From Paramecium tetraurelia (lineage: Eukaryota): 64,000 nucleotides of DNA. The position numbers and the translations under genes are program-made. The notes below the pieces were generated by a model. That model worked only from the letters and a program-made list of their open reading frames with translations, did no database searches and had not been told where the DNA came from. Shown piece after piece: positions 27,564 to 40,470 of the stretch (positions are counted from its first letter, which is position 1; every line of letters begins with the position of its first letter). The DNA is taken from positions 124,001 to 188,000 of the forward strand of contig CT868057.1 of the NCBI GenBank assembly GCA_000165425.1, read 5' to 3'.

Positions 27564-28254
27564 TCAGAAGTTTTTACAAGAGTTGCAGAAGTAGCTTATG
27601 TTTTTGGAATCGTGGTTTTGTACGTCTTTGTTGCATCGAAGGCATTTTCTTATGATCTACTGGATTTATTAATCTGCTAGTCTTGAATAGTTCATGGGGT
27701 CTTTGAATAATTCCCCAGTGGATGATTGGCATCTCTGTTTTGACAATGATGTCATCAAGGGATCCTGAGGTAATTATTTAAGTATACATCCAATGATTGT
27801 AAGCATTTGAAAAAGTCATCATTATCCAATTGCTATAATGCTCTGAAGACATTTGAGCATTTCTGTTTAAATTCATCAAATGGCTACTAATCATCATTAA
27901 ATTTACTGATTATCCACAACAAATGATGCATTCTCCACTCTGATCCATGGCCTCAATCTCATGTCCACAACCTAATGTTTTTCGTTTGAGATGACGTGAA
28001 ATTGCCTCTTATTCTTTTCTGATGCTGCTTGATTTTTTGGTTTATGAATTGTCTCTTTTTAGAGGTGATTTTTATCCTTAGAGATCATGCAAATATTTTT
28101 CAATTCCAGCATCATTAGCATATAATAATGCTTTAAATTGATACAATGATTTTAGCATTTGTTCCCGCTATGGATTATGAGAACTCAAGCGATCAAAAAA
28201 AGTTGAAAACAATTCAATCATTGTCGTTCTCTCCACAGAAGACAGTTAAGACAT
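27564..28254 (-). CDS. Hypothetical protein with CxxC pairs; 2 introns
   Basis: Frame traced; CGH...CIIC, C-terminal CLRC...CNSC. Confidence 0.65.
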
Positions 28255-28388
28255 TAAAAATTTAAAATTATTACCTTATTTTATATTCTTATAATAATCT
28301 GCTTTTTTTTCAAAAACAAGAGATTTATGCGTTATATCTCTAAGAAAAAAAGTGGGGTGTGGATTTTATAGAAGCATATAAAAAATAA

Positions 28389-29029
28389 TCATTCATTTTT
28401 CAATGAGGTAGTTATTGCTTATGCTAACTTAACTAGTTCACTCACATAAGTTGAGGTCAACGTGCTTCTGCTGACATAGGATGATTCAATTTTATTTCTG
28501 AGTGCCACAATTTCATTCAATTAAACCACATCTGCAAGACTGCGTCCCTGTCTTTTTTTGTATTGTTCAGAGGATGTTCGAAAGGAATCATATTTGAAAG
28601 AATCAGAGGGTTTATTGGTGTATGATTCTGTTTCTATACTGTATTTGATTTAAGGTGGGGATTGAACGAATTTGAAGGGGGATTGGGAAGAAATGGAAGG
28701 AGATTGGAAGGATTCTCTCCACTTGTGTCCACTATTGAAGGACTTAGTGCGTGGTCCCAAAGTATCGGTAATTCTGAGTGTAAATGTATTGGGTACTTTT
28801 ATTGAAGGCCTTGAGCTTTGTAAGGGGAGTAAGTGGGTTCGCTTCTTTAGGGTTAAGTGGTAACAACATTGGAGAGACGGGAGTAGGAGAAGTCTCTGAT
28901 TCTTGCTTGAAGATTCTCAAAGGAGGGTACTTGTGCACGAGTGTCCTTTCTGAATGGATAGAGGATGGTGATATACCTATTTGAATTGAATTTGTTGGAA
29001 CTTTGTGGAGCTTCACGTTTTAAGAACAT
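28389..29029 (-). CDS. Hypothetical S/P-rich protein; several introns, exon structure partly inferred
   Basis: MFLKREAPQSSNKF start; C-terminal EIVALRNKIESS...YVSELVKLAQAITTSLKNE then TGA. Confidence 0.55.
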
Positions 29030-29072
29030 AATTTATTAAACGTTAAAAATTAAATTGTCATCATGTATATTG

Positions 29073-30233
29073 TCATTAAGTTTCTAATTTATTAACCGTC
29101 GTATGGATGGCTTTCCTAGATGAATAAGTGAGAATTACTAATTCAATTCTTCCAAAGGCTATCAATTATTTGATGCGTCTGGGTAATTGTAGAAACTGTT
29201 TGCGTTTCCACTCTCTGGTTTCCGAATAATAGTTATCCAATTTGATTTCGCAAGCAGATTACAGAGAGGAAGCACAAGAGTCATCAGGATTATCAGGTGG
29301 ATCCTGATTGTAATGAGTTCTTTTGACTTTCCGATTGACTATTTTCCTGCCGAAGTTCTTTCTGAAATCCACTTCTTAATCGATAACATTTTGAATGTAT
29401 TTGGGGTGTTTTTGGATCATGACTCCTTTGGGTTTGTTGTATAGATAATCATACAATTGGACATCAGCATGAGTCAAGATTCCATCTTAATTTCTACGAT
29501 CGGTTTTGGCTGCCTTGTGAAATAGAGTGAAGTCATTGCGTTTGTTTTGTATGCTGAGACGAACAATTTTGTTGATATTGTTTTCATGTTATTCAGCTTG
29601 GGCTTCTAATTCTTGGAGATAGAGTTAGGCATTGTTTTCAAGGACTGATTTTAGATAGGATCTGGGAGGGATGGTTTGAATAACTTATTATTGCAATTTG
29701 CAGAGAGGTTCCACATTGTCATAATTGAGACGATATTATTTCAGACTTTTGGTTTTGGGTATCAATTTCTCTTGGTAACCCATAGAATTATCTTTGTGAT
29801 TGGCTATGTCTAAAATAGTTTATACTATAGTGAGAGTTTGAGCATTGCCTTGTCTGATTTCTTCATTGTGAGGTTTTTTGATTGCTACTTTCTCATTGAT
29901 AAGGTTGCGAACTTTGACAATTTTACTCTTTAGATAGTTTTTTCTTTGTTCTGTCTATTGACGTATTTTGAGAGTCATTCTATGTTTGGGTTAGATTTGT
30001 TGTTCTGCATTCAGTCTTGGGTAGTTGAGAGTTTGTATTAATCTTTAGAGATTCAAGTCCCCTTTCAAGTAATGGGCAAAATGTTGTTCGAATTGTTATC
30101 CATGATTGCGTGTTTCGAATGGTTTTGTGGTTATCAAAGGATCTACATGTTTTCTGGATGACACATGAAGAGTATTGAATTTACGATGGATATTTTTGGA
30201 GTGATCGAATTCGCATGTTGTGGAAAAACTCAT
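29073..30233 (-). CDS. Hypothetical protein, about 386 aa
   Basis: 1161 nt ATG-to-TGA span in one frame (MSFSTTCEFDHSK...TVNKLETQ). Confidence 0.7.
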
Positions 30234-30247
30234 TAATAATTTTAATA

Positions 30248-30846
30248 ATGCAAATTAAAGAAGAATTGATTAATGTGATTATCAATTTGATTGAAGAATT
30301 GTTTGAATGCAAAATCAATTCCATCATGCAAGAAGTATTCCATCACTTATCTTAGGTTAATGACAAACTCACTCGCATGCATTAGGATATCGAGAACATG
30401 TAGGATGTTCTGGTCAAACACTTTTCTCATCAAATTGCACATTCCAGAACAGAGTCTTTGAGTGAAACTGTTGATACTGCTGAGGAAGATTAATTTAAGA
30501 AATCCATTAATGCAGAATTGGATAGTCTTGGTTTACGTGTGTAGTAGTTGGAATACATGAATCACATCATTCTGGATACTCAAAGTGCCAATAAATCCAA
30601 TTTCAAAGAACTAGAACGTAAAATACAACCATTGCAAGAACAAATTAACAAATCAATCGAGGAGATGAAAAAAGACTTAAAGGGTACAATCCATCTATCA
30701 AATTAGACAAGCAAACCTTTTAATGGACAGTATTGAATGACCAAATTGAACGCGTTGAAAAGTATGTCCAGAAACTCAAACAAGCAGATCTCTTATTCTA
30801 ATAAAAATAATAATTGTAAACATAAACGAATAAGAAATCCAAATGA
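30248..30846 (+). CDS. Hypothetical coiled-coil protein; 2 introns
   Basis: MQIKEELINVIINLIEELFE...; frame restored by 21- and 23-nt GT..AG introns. Confidence 0.7.
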
Positions 30847-30874
30847 ATTTAACTAATATATAGTAATTTAAACA

Positions 30875-33800
30875 TCATTCTGCATTATTGTTGTTTACAT
30901 AACTAAAAATTGTAGATATAGTGCTCTTCTTTGGCAATTGCATAACATCCGGACTCTAAGGATTTTCAGGATCTATGTAAGCCGATATCACACTTGTGAA
31001 ATCATTCTACTCTATTACTCTCTAATTCATCTTGTTTCGATCTAATGTGCTATTATATAATCTATGGATATACATATATTTCAGTAACTGAGGTGCAATC
31101 GAATTCAATAAACTGATCGTAGTATTCGTGGATGACGTATTGGGTCTATTGGAGTTGACTAATTATTAGGAACTCAGATTCAGATTCGATTTTTGTAACT
31201 TCAATTTTCCAATGAATTCCATAACGTAAATCCGGGCCTTCTTCCAGAGTAACAACGCCTTTCGCTTGGCATTATAATTCTTGGGTTTCTTGACGCAATA
31301 CTTGATGCAAGGATATCGTATAATCAAATTGACTATCTTCTCTACGTGTTACTGTTACAACCCAGACAAGTACTCCTTGATGATCTTCGTGGCTATGTAG
31401 GAACAGTAGAGGAGATTAAGACTCGAACATGATATCGACAACATATACACCAACCAACTGTAGGGGTTCTTGTGCTGACTATAGGTACAAATCAAGGTGA
31501 TAATGGCCAATTGAGTGGATATCTTGTCGATGAAGTTGTACTGTTTCTCGATGTAAGGTTAATGTTGGTTCAGTAACTCTAAGTATATTAGCAAGACTAA
31601 TATTGCAAACAGAAACATCAGTTTTATGTCCTAAATCAATAGAGTCTCCAAAAGGTAGAAGATCGATTTCACAAAGAAACAAATAAACTCCCAGTAATAA
31701 TATCGATCCTTATATTCCACATATAAATAACCATAGGGCATTCGCAATTTGCAAGTCCACAACTTGTTCCTGTTCATACACAACTTCACTATGTAAAAGA
31801 TGGGAGATATTACACCCACTATCATCAAGGTAGGGATTATAAATATTTCTAAGTAGAAGTAATACTCCTCAGTATAACAAATGTACGAAGTGGCTGCCTA
31901 AATGTAATATTACCCTGAGGCTTTGATGCAGAACATCAATTTCAACAGTCCTTCTATGATGTCTCCTTGAAAGTAAAAGTTAACTTGGATGACACAAGTG
32001 ATGAAAATAGTCTTGGTTGAATTCTCTAGTTGTTGTTTCTTACATAATTGCAATATTGAGTAGATCAATACAAACGAAAACACGAACAGTAATGAAACAA
32101 ACAGATTCCAAAATTATCTCAAATACACTATTTCAATATCTATGTGAGAATGCAATAGAAAACACTCAATGGAAAATCCTAATGTGGACAGGGGATTCCC
32201 TATCACTTAAGCAAAATATACTATAGGAGTAGGGAAATCAAATTCAACAATTAAAATTATCGAAATTAATTGAAAGTAACTAGAAACCAATTTAATCAGA
32301 ATTTCAGTCTGATCTATTACCATAGTAGATTTGCTAGCAAAGAATATTCCCATCATCCTTAGGTAATAGGCTGATAATTGGGATCTCACCAATTTCAAGC
32401 TTCCTCTGACTGATATAAACAATACAACTAAAATCCACAAGAATGATAGAATTATCTTTAATAAATTAAATGCGTCGTTTTAACACAATGAACAATTTCC
32501 ACTATAATTCTGTGTGTATGAGGCATTCCATTTTACAGCGTAATAATCACAGTCACTACATAATGCTCCAACGTAACCTTAAGAACAAGTGAAATCCTCT
32601 GCTCCTCCTAAGCATTAGGACTGAGAAGTGCCACAATATTCAATTTCATCAGTTAAATTGTTTGGTCTCCAATAACCCTACTTAACAATTAACTACGAGC
32701 CTCCAGGACATGATTCGATCGAAGTTATACATTGCAAACACTATCTATAATTTGTTAGACTATATGAACCAACAGGACATTATTAACATGTTTAATTGGT
32801 CCACTCTTCTCCAATCCCACATTCTATCATGCCTAAATGTAGTGATAACTTGAAGGTATCATTGTAGAATTCAAGTTAGGGAAACTCTATCTGTACCTCT
32901 ACAGTTTCATTCTTTGGTAGATTTTAGTATTGAGTATATGATATTGCATAATGACACTTCTGCAAGTCCAATTTAAATATCATCTCGTCGATTCTCAGAT
33001 AATTAGTCAATTTGCACAATCTATTCATCCCACTATCTAAAAGTGCAATGATGAATTCAAACATCTGTCCACTCTTTATTTTATCATACTCGATTATTAC
33101 ATTCTTTTTGATCAAATCATCTAACAAATATGTCTCTTTATCCACAATAACGTAGACAGGCCCAGTATTGTAAATCAAAACATCTGGTTCAACAATTTAG
33201 GTTGTGATTAGATAAATATGCTTATTGGTTTTCATAGTGCAATTTTCATATTGATTGAATTCAATATAATGATTAGAATCTCCAGTTTGATTTAAATAAA
33301 TGACTCCGCCTTCAGTTGCAGTTAAATCAATAAATTTATTTTAGTAGATTTTGATTGACGAATTCGTCACTGCAAAGGCAGACCCATAGGAACTGGTAAT
33401 ATTGGTAAATTAATTTTCAGATGCAACCAAATTGGTGTTGTTGTCGATATTCATGTAACCGAATTATGAGATAGAATTCCTGAATATGCATTTTTGTATA
33501 TCAGTGTGCATGCTATTCTATATTACAATAACTCCATCACAAAATTAGCAATTGATATCGTAAAGCTGCAATTCATTGAATACTACCTTATTGCTATCTT
33601 CCAATTTTAGAAGTTATTTGTTATTCTAATTAACATTAAAAATCTGACTCTATTTAATTGTAAAGGTGGATTTTTGGATTACAATGAATGGAATCAAGTA
33701 GTTCCTAATTTAAAATATCTTAATTAAGCTTAGTTCAATTTATGAGTCATCAATGTGGAGGAAACTGCATTCCTCACAATCCTCCATTTTAAACATTCTT

Positions 33801-35053
33801 ATTACAACATTCACAATGTTTGATAATTTTGCAAATTGGGTCGATGCACAATTACTCATAATCAGATTGGTGATTTGAATCAAGGAGGTCCATTCTAGGT
33901 CAAATAAAAGCGAGTCAGATATGTGAGTGAAGTTGACCTAATCAATTAGGAGTTCTTGAATTAAATTTTTATTTGATATTGTCCCTAAAATAGAATCAAA
34001 ACTCCCTTTATAAATTGAGAGAGTGCCATTGACAGAAAACAATGGATTAACTGATTAACTAGATTGGAGGGTGACTTAGTTAATTATGACATTACTGGAA
34101 TTATGTGTATTCATCATTAAACTTCCTTAAAGATCATTCAAATTAAATTGTTTGATCAGGATATTTTATGAGTTTAAATACAAGATTACCTCTGATTTGA
34201 TGTTCACCATCGTCGTATTTAAGATTGATATATATTTACTCTCTGCCACAATTAGTGGAGATTCTGATATAATAGATTGAAATCGATTGCCAGCAATTTA
34301 AATTTGATTCGGGCTTTGCATGTTCATCAAAGTGCTTTGGGAAAGAGTTACATTAATAATTGTAGTGTAAAGTGTGCCATTGGCTTGGAAGACAGTGGAA
34401 AGAGTGAAGTAGGAATTTTGAATTGTAATTTCTTGTGAAATATCCGTAGCAATCAAAATACTTTAAATCACAAATGAGTTATTAAAAGTGATTCTATTTA
34501 ATTAAGCATGTGTGGCTAGGGTGGAGTTGATGAAACTCACTTAGTTAAACTGAAGATTGCGTAATCTACTTTGCTTTTGGACAAGAGAACTTCTAAAAAA
34601 AGTTGAGTCAGATATAATCAGTCCATCTACATCGATAGGGGAATCAAAAACTGGATAATATTGAAAGGTCATCTTGGTCATTGTAGTCTGTTGAATCAAT
34701 ACTTTGGTGGCATTGATCTAACAATTTCTTAGGAGTGTAACATTCTTCAGAAGGACTTGTGTTGATATTGAAAGCACTTTAGTTTGGGTATCAATAGTGA
34801 TATTCTGAAATTCAACTTGTCGGAATCCTTGTAATAGAATGTTCTAATTCAAAAGCAATTCAGTTCCTGTAATTTAAAGTTACCCTCCCAAGGATGTTAA
34901 ATTGATTAGTTTTTCATTACTTACGTTCAGGGTGCAATTATAATTGGGGATTGTGATGGACTTGTCAAGTTGCAAGGTTAAACCTTATTCGTCCTAACAA
35001 ATCAATAATCCAATAGTGATATATATATTTATGAGGAAAAACAATCTTTTCAT
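30875..35053 (-). CDS. Large ciliate surface protein: signal peptide, beta-helix-like ectodomain, Cys-rich juxtamembrane region, multi-pass TM C-terminus (about 1392 aa)
   Basis: 4179 nt in frame; ATEGGVIY, CGIGEEW...CQQCPVGSYSL, CPGGSQLIVKQGYWR, CSQGYVGALCSDCD, YGYLYVEYKDRYYYWEF. Confidence 0.85.
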
Positions 35054-35388
35054 CAAATAATAAATAGTGATTAAAATATTTCAATATACATCAAAATCAT
35101 AAAACATCAATTCACATCATAATATTTATGGGCTGTTAACTATTCAAAATATTAATAAATAATATTAAATTATTAGAATTACAATATTCAGTATCAAATT
35201 AATTTGTTGTAATCATTGCTTTTCATAATAATATTGTTATTAATCAAAAAAATTCACATCTAAATATATAAAATGGAATTTATGGATTATATATAATTAT
35301 TCTTAGATTAATGATATCCCTTTTCATCTCAGGTAAATAATTTTTAAACAGATTTCTCATAGCCTAGAATAGAAATCTCTATAAGTAT

Positions 35389-35727
35389 TCAAGTCTGAAC
35401 ATTAGATATCTTCATTAGATGACTAATCTGATCAACCCCTTCTATTTTGATATTATGGAGATTTAAGGGGTATTCTTTCTTATGATTCCATTTGTTTACA
35501 TCATTTTATAGTTCCTTATGGTATGATCTATTGTAATTAGAGTGCTTGAGGGCGATGCATGAATTTCTATTCACATGGAAGCATTTAGCAGGATGCATTT
35601 GGAGATAAGTGTTATAAGATTAGAGGGCCTTTGTGTTTGTTTGAGGTAGCTGATGTGAATTTCTAATCAGAAAAGAATTGGGATTTTGTTATTGATCATT
35701 ATTAGGTTATAGTTATTATTATATCAT
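35389..35727 (-). CDS. Possible small hypothetical protein (112 aa)
   Basis: ATG-to-TGA frame MIQQQLQPNNDQQQNPNSFLIR...; no recognisable motif. Confidence 0.4.
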
Positions 35728-35754
35728 ATAATATTTATATATAAAAATATAAAA

Positions 35755-37679
35755 ATGAATAAACCTGATGAAAGTGCTAATTAGTTTTTTGTGATTGAAC
35801 GTAAGACTATCATGTAGATAATGTAGAAATTGAGATGAGTAGTGAGAGTGAACCTGAAGATTTGGAAGATTTGGATGATTTGAATGACATCAAACACGAA
35901 GAGGACAATCTCAATGATTTGGATAAGATTATAAATGATGTCAAAAGTAATGATTCCATTCTATATTTACTTAGAGGAAGATTACATACCCAAAGCACAA
36001 CCTAATGAGAGAGTTACAAAAGGACCAGGATGGAAAGATAGATTGGAAGTGGTTGATGACTTTATTCGTAACTTCCTTATCAAGAATCAAATGAATCGAA
36101 GTCTGGAAGTATTTCAGGTATTTGTGATCATTAACCCTTCTAGTAAGAGTGGTACGAACTCTCACAGAAAGGTAAATTGGCTACAGACGGCATGGGTTAA
36201 GTAACAGATGTTTATATTCAAAATGAAAAACTCAAAGAAGAACTCAAATACGTAAGAGGCGAGTTGGATAAAGCCAAAATTGTGGCTGAAAATGCCAAAT
36301 CTACATACGATAAACTCAGAAAGGAAAGAGATTTTCATAAGATGCATCATCATAGAGTGCAATAGGAAAAGAGGAAATTAAATCACGACATAGATAAATT
36401 GAAAGGATTGCATTTGCAATATGAGACCAAATACGAAGAACTCTCCTAGAAGTATTCACATGCAATGAAGGAGAAAATGCTTTTGAAATTGGAAAGAGAT
36501 CGTTTGGTGGCCAAAAACGAAGCACTCCAAAGAAGCTTATAAAATGTATATCTACTTGAATTATAAATTAAAGGTTGAAGAGAAGATTAACAAAGAAAAA
36601 GAACCAGGAAGTCCTACAGATAAGCTTCCCTTGGTTGATACCAAGGCTAACACCAAAAAGGCATCGACTAAGACCAATACTGCATTTCCTCCTGATGACA
36701 GACCAAATCCTTATGCAGGTACTCAAATAGAACCACAAAATTACAGAAATGCCATCTTAAATAAAACATTTAAGGGACATATGATGGCCATATCATCCAT
36801 GGATATGCACCCAAAGAAATCAATTGTGGCCACTGCCTCAGATGATTTCACTTGGAAGATTTGGACATTGCCACAAGGCGAGTTAATCATGTCTGGAGAA
36901 GGCCACAAAGATTGGGTCAGTGGAATTCATTTTCATCCAAAAGGAAGTCATTTAGTCACTTCATCTGGTGATTGCACCATTAAGGTCTGGGATTTCATTA
37001 ATGCTTCATGCACTCATACATTCAAAGATCACATCTAACCTGTTTGGGGTGTTAAATTCAATGACACTGGGGAATTCATTGTGAGTGCTAGTATGGATCA
37101 TACATGCAAAGTATTCGATTTAGCATCTGGTAAAACTAGACATACATTCCGAGGACATGTAATTATCCATTTATTAATGAAAGGTTGATTCTGTCAATCA
37201 TGTGAGTTTCTAGCCATTTTCAAATATCTTCACTTCTGCTTCAGCTGACAAGACTATTTCCTTGTGGGATATCAGAAGTGGGTTATGCGTTCAAACCTTC
37301 TATGGCCACTTGAATAGTGTCAATCATGCAACCTTTTCATTGAAGGGAGATAGCATTGCCAGTTGTGATGCTGATGGAATCATTAAAATGTGGGATGTCA
37401 GAATGGTCAAGGGAAGATCCCAATTCGATGCAGGTCCTTATTCTGCCAATGCAGTTGCCTTGGATAAAAGTGGCACCATTCTTCTTGTGGGATCCGATGA
37501 CCAATAAATCAGACTCTACAATGAAACCACCTAGAAAGTAAGGTCTTCATTTACTTATCCAATAGTAAGAACACACTTTGAAGGGCCATGAAGATGCTGT
37601 CTAAGATGTCGCATTTGATTACAATAGCAAAATGATTATTAGTTGCGGTTCGGATGCTACTTTTAGAATTTATTAATGA
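35755..37679 (+). CDS. SPAG16: Axonemal central-pair WD40 protein PF20/SPAG16; 6 introns
   Basis: EVVDDFIRNFLIKNQMNRSLEVFQQEWYEL, KERDFHKMHHHRVQQEK, WD repeats (KGHMMAI, SDDFTWKIW, GHKDWVSG, FYGHLNSVN). Confidence 0.92.
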
Positions 37680-37890
37680 TTTAATATTTTATAAGTAAGA
37701 TGTATATTATTAAGTCAATTTACTCAAGATTTACCATTATTTACGTATTCAACATTAAATTATTCTTCTTCTGCTTCTTCACCATTTTCTCACAAACCTT
37801 ACCTTTACTTTGCTTATTTCAAATTATTAAAAAATAAATCTCAACTATTTAAGAATATCCTAATTTATTGATAAGAATCATTAAAATTTA

Positions 37891-39418
37891 ATGAATTAAT
37901 TCTCAGAAACCTTTAGAAGATTTGATATTTTTGGATAAGAAATAAGACTCTTGGCCACTGGACAATCAGCTTATCGAACCAATATTGGGGCTTTTATGAC
38001 CATGGCACTCTTTGCAATCCTGGCCTATTCTTGTAATTCCTTTATTTTGGAAATGAATAAAGGGAAAAATGCAATTCTTAATTCAAAAGAAGCTGTAATT
38101 TCAAGCGACGAAGTAAAAGAAGAGTTAAATTTATTTAGGGCTATACGTTTAATTCTTCTGAATATATTTTCGCTGTTGGTCTATTGGACAACTTGGGATA
38201 ACCCATTCCAAATGAGAATAATCGAGTGTTCACGATCAGTTTTTATTACTGTAATAAGTCACTAAATGAAACTACATGTGCGTCCATCCCTGGAAGAATA
38301 TGTGGTAGCAGAATTCAGGATATCTCATTAGTAGCTATACTTTTATACGTTAGCATTTAAACATCCCAAAAGAATATGAGGAAATTACGTATTGTATGGA
38401 TGAAGAATACATCAAGCAAAACCCAGAAATCAGAATCCAAGGTTCTACTAGATAAGACAACTTCACACTATTGGGGGCATTAGTTTAACGTTGTTAGAAT
38501 GGTACAGAATATAATCGTACATATTTATTCATTAAGTTAGATTGTGCCTCAAATGATGACATCGATTCATATATCAAAAATGCCAATCTTTACTACTCTT
38601 ACTCTTTTCATTAGTTCAATAAGGAATTGGATAATTCTCCTTACGAGAAAGCATAAAGCATAGACATTACGCCCATGTATTATAAAGTTCGAAAATACAT
38701 AAAAATCTATTTTTAATACTCATAAAGTTAACTAGAGTATAATCCCTTCTATTTCTTTCCTTCCTTTGTCTAACACGATGGCTTTGAATATTAAAATTCT
38801 GCAGTCGACTCTGCTTTAAATTTTGAAGACGACACGAGTTTTGCTCAAATAGAAATTAATTTAGATGCTAAAAAACGGATTCATTTTATCACCTATTAAA
38901 CTTTGATGGATGTGGCTGCCAAAATAGGTGGCTTTTTCACGATCATTAGAATAATGTTCGATTTTGCACTATTTCCAATCTAAACCATTCTTTATCGACT
39001 CTATTTGATGAATTGTTTAACTCATCAACAACACAACTATAATAACAATAATACTGATATGCCTAAAAGTACTTCATCTGAGTCCCTAACATTTTTTAAA
39101 CTTATCAAATCAGGCAATGCAAGATAGCTATATCAAAATCAATCGCTTATGATTGATAAATTTTTGGACATAACAGAAATACTTATTAACCCTTTAAGGT
39201 TTAATCGGTAGGTCGAAGATTTGTATGGTTCGCTTAAGAGATTTGATATTGTGAGTGCTCGTCAAAACAATCTCAATATAAATTAAGAGATTGATGAGTT
39301 GGTGGCTAATAATAATGAGTTTAATGATAATTAAAGCATCACTCCTAGGACGATAAATTTAGAAATGAAGTTGGGAAGCTTAACAAATTTTAAAGTTCCT
39401 CAACTTCATGTAAATTGA
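37891..39418 (+). CDS. Ciliate-type membrane protein with two terminal TM helices and a Cys-containing loop; 3 introns
   Basis: FDIFGQEIRL...YRTNIGAFMTMALF near N-terminus; ITYQTLMDVAAKIGGFFTII near C-terminus. Confidence 0.75.
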
Positions 39419-39476
39419 ATCTATTTACATCAATCTATTAAATATTTGTATTTTTAAACACGAAAATAATTTTAAG

Positions 39477-40433
39477 TCATTTTAATAATTAATTTAGTAA
39501 TTCTTATGCAAGATAAGTTTTTGAATCGATTTCTGATTTAATTAACTAAATTTGTGTTCTTAATACACTCTCTTTAAAAACTTATTAATTAAGTATCAAA
39601 TTAATTGAGTTGATCTCTTCAATCTATTCAAGTTATCTTACTTACATTATAATCTTTATCCATTTATAAAAATATAATGAAACTTTATTTTTCAATTTAT
39701 CATCTACCTTTTAAAGGTAAATCAACATTTTAAAAACAGCTCTGTTTCTAGAATTCAGTGATTTCGTAGACAATGAAACCTTTGAGTTATTGTTACTAAT
39801 TGGTGATTTAGATCTCGATTTTTATTTGTTTTCCTTCTAATAAAAAACATTATTTTATTGTGTAACAGTTGATTTAAATGTATTCTGATTTGTATTGTAT
39901 TTTGAAGTGCTTGAATAATTCATTAAAGATGCATTCCTTATAAATCTATGAAATGCTATGGTCTTGATTAATCTCTCCTTCCGAGCTGCATTTTTGAATA
40001 ATTGTATTAAGATCTGCTTCTGTCTATATTGGAAGAAGTTTTTCCTTTCCAAATCAAATATCTATTCTTCGATATATTTACGTTGTTTCTTCATATTTCT
40101 ATATGGATAACGCTTCTGTTTCTCTAAATCCTTTCTTTCAATTTCCCAATTTTTTTCAAAAATGTCTTAATTTTGAAAGTATTTCCAAATATAAAAGTAA
40201 AAGCATTTCTTAGTTTAATAAGTTTAACCTTCTTATCTGCTATAATATTTTAACATAATAGTTATGAGTTTTTGAATATCCTTTTAATCATACTGCATTT
40301 AATAAAATGATCTGTCATCATCTGATTCATGTAAATTTTTGAGATGATCATCCATTTCTTAAATGATATCTCTTTATTCCATTTACTTATTAAACTCATA
40401 TTTTTTCAATGCAATCTATTCTGCTATATTCAT
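39477..40433 (-). CDS. Hypothetical Q/K-rich protein (about 318 aa)
   Basis: 957 nt ATG-to-TGA span in frame; contains ORF-track fragment ERKNFFQYRQKQILIQLF. Confidence 0.65.
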
Positions 40434-40470
40434 TAAAATAATAAAATAACAAAAAAACCCATATATCAAA

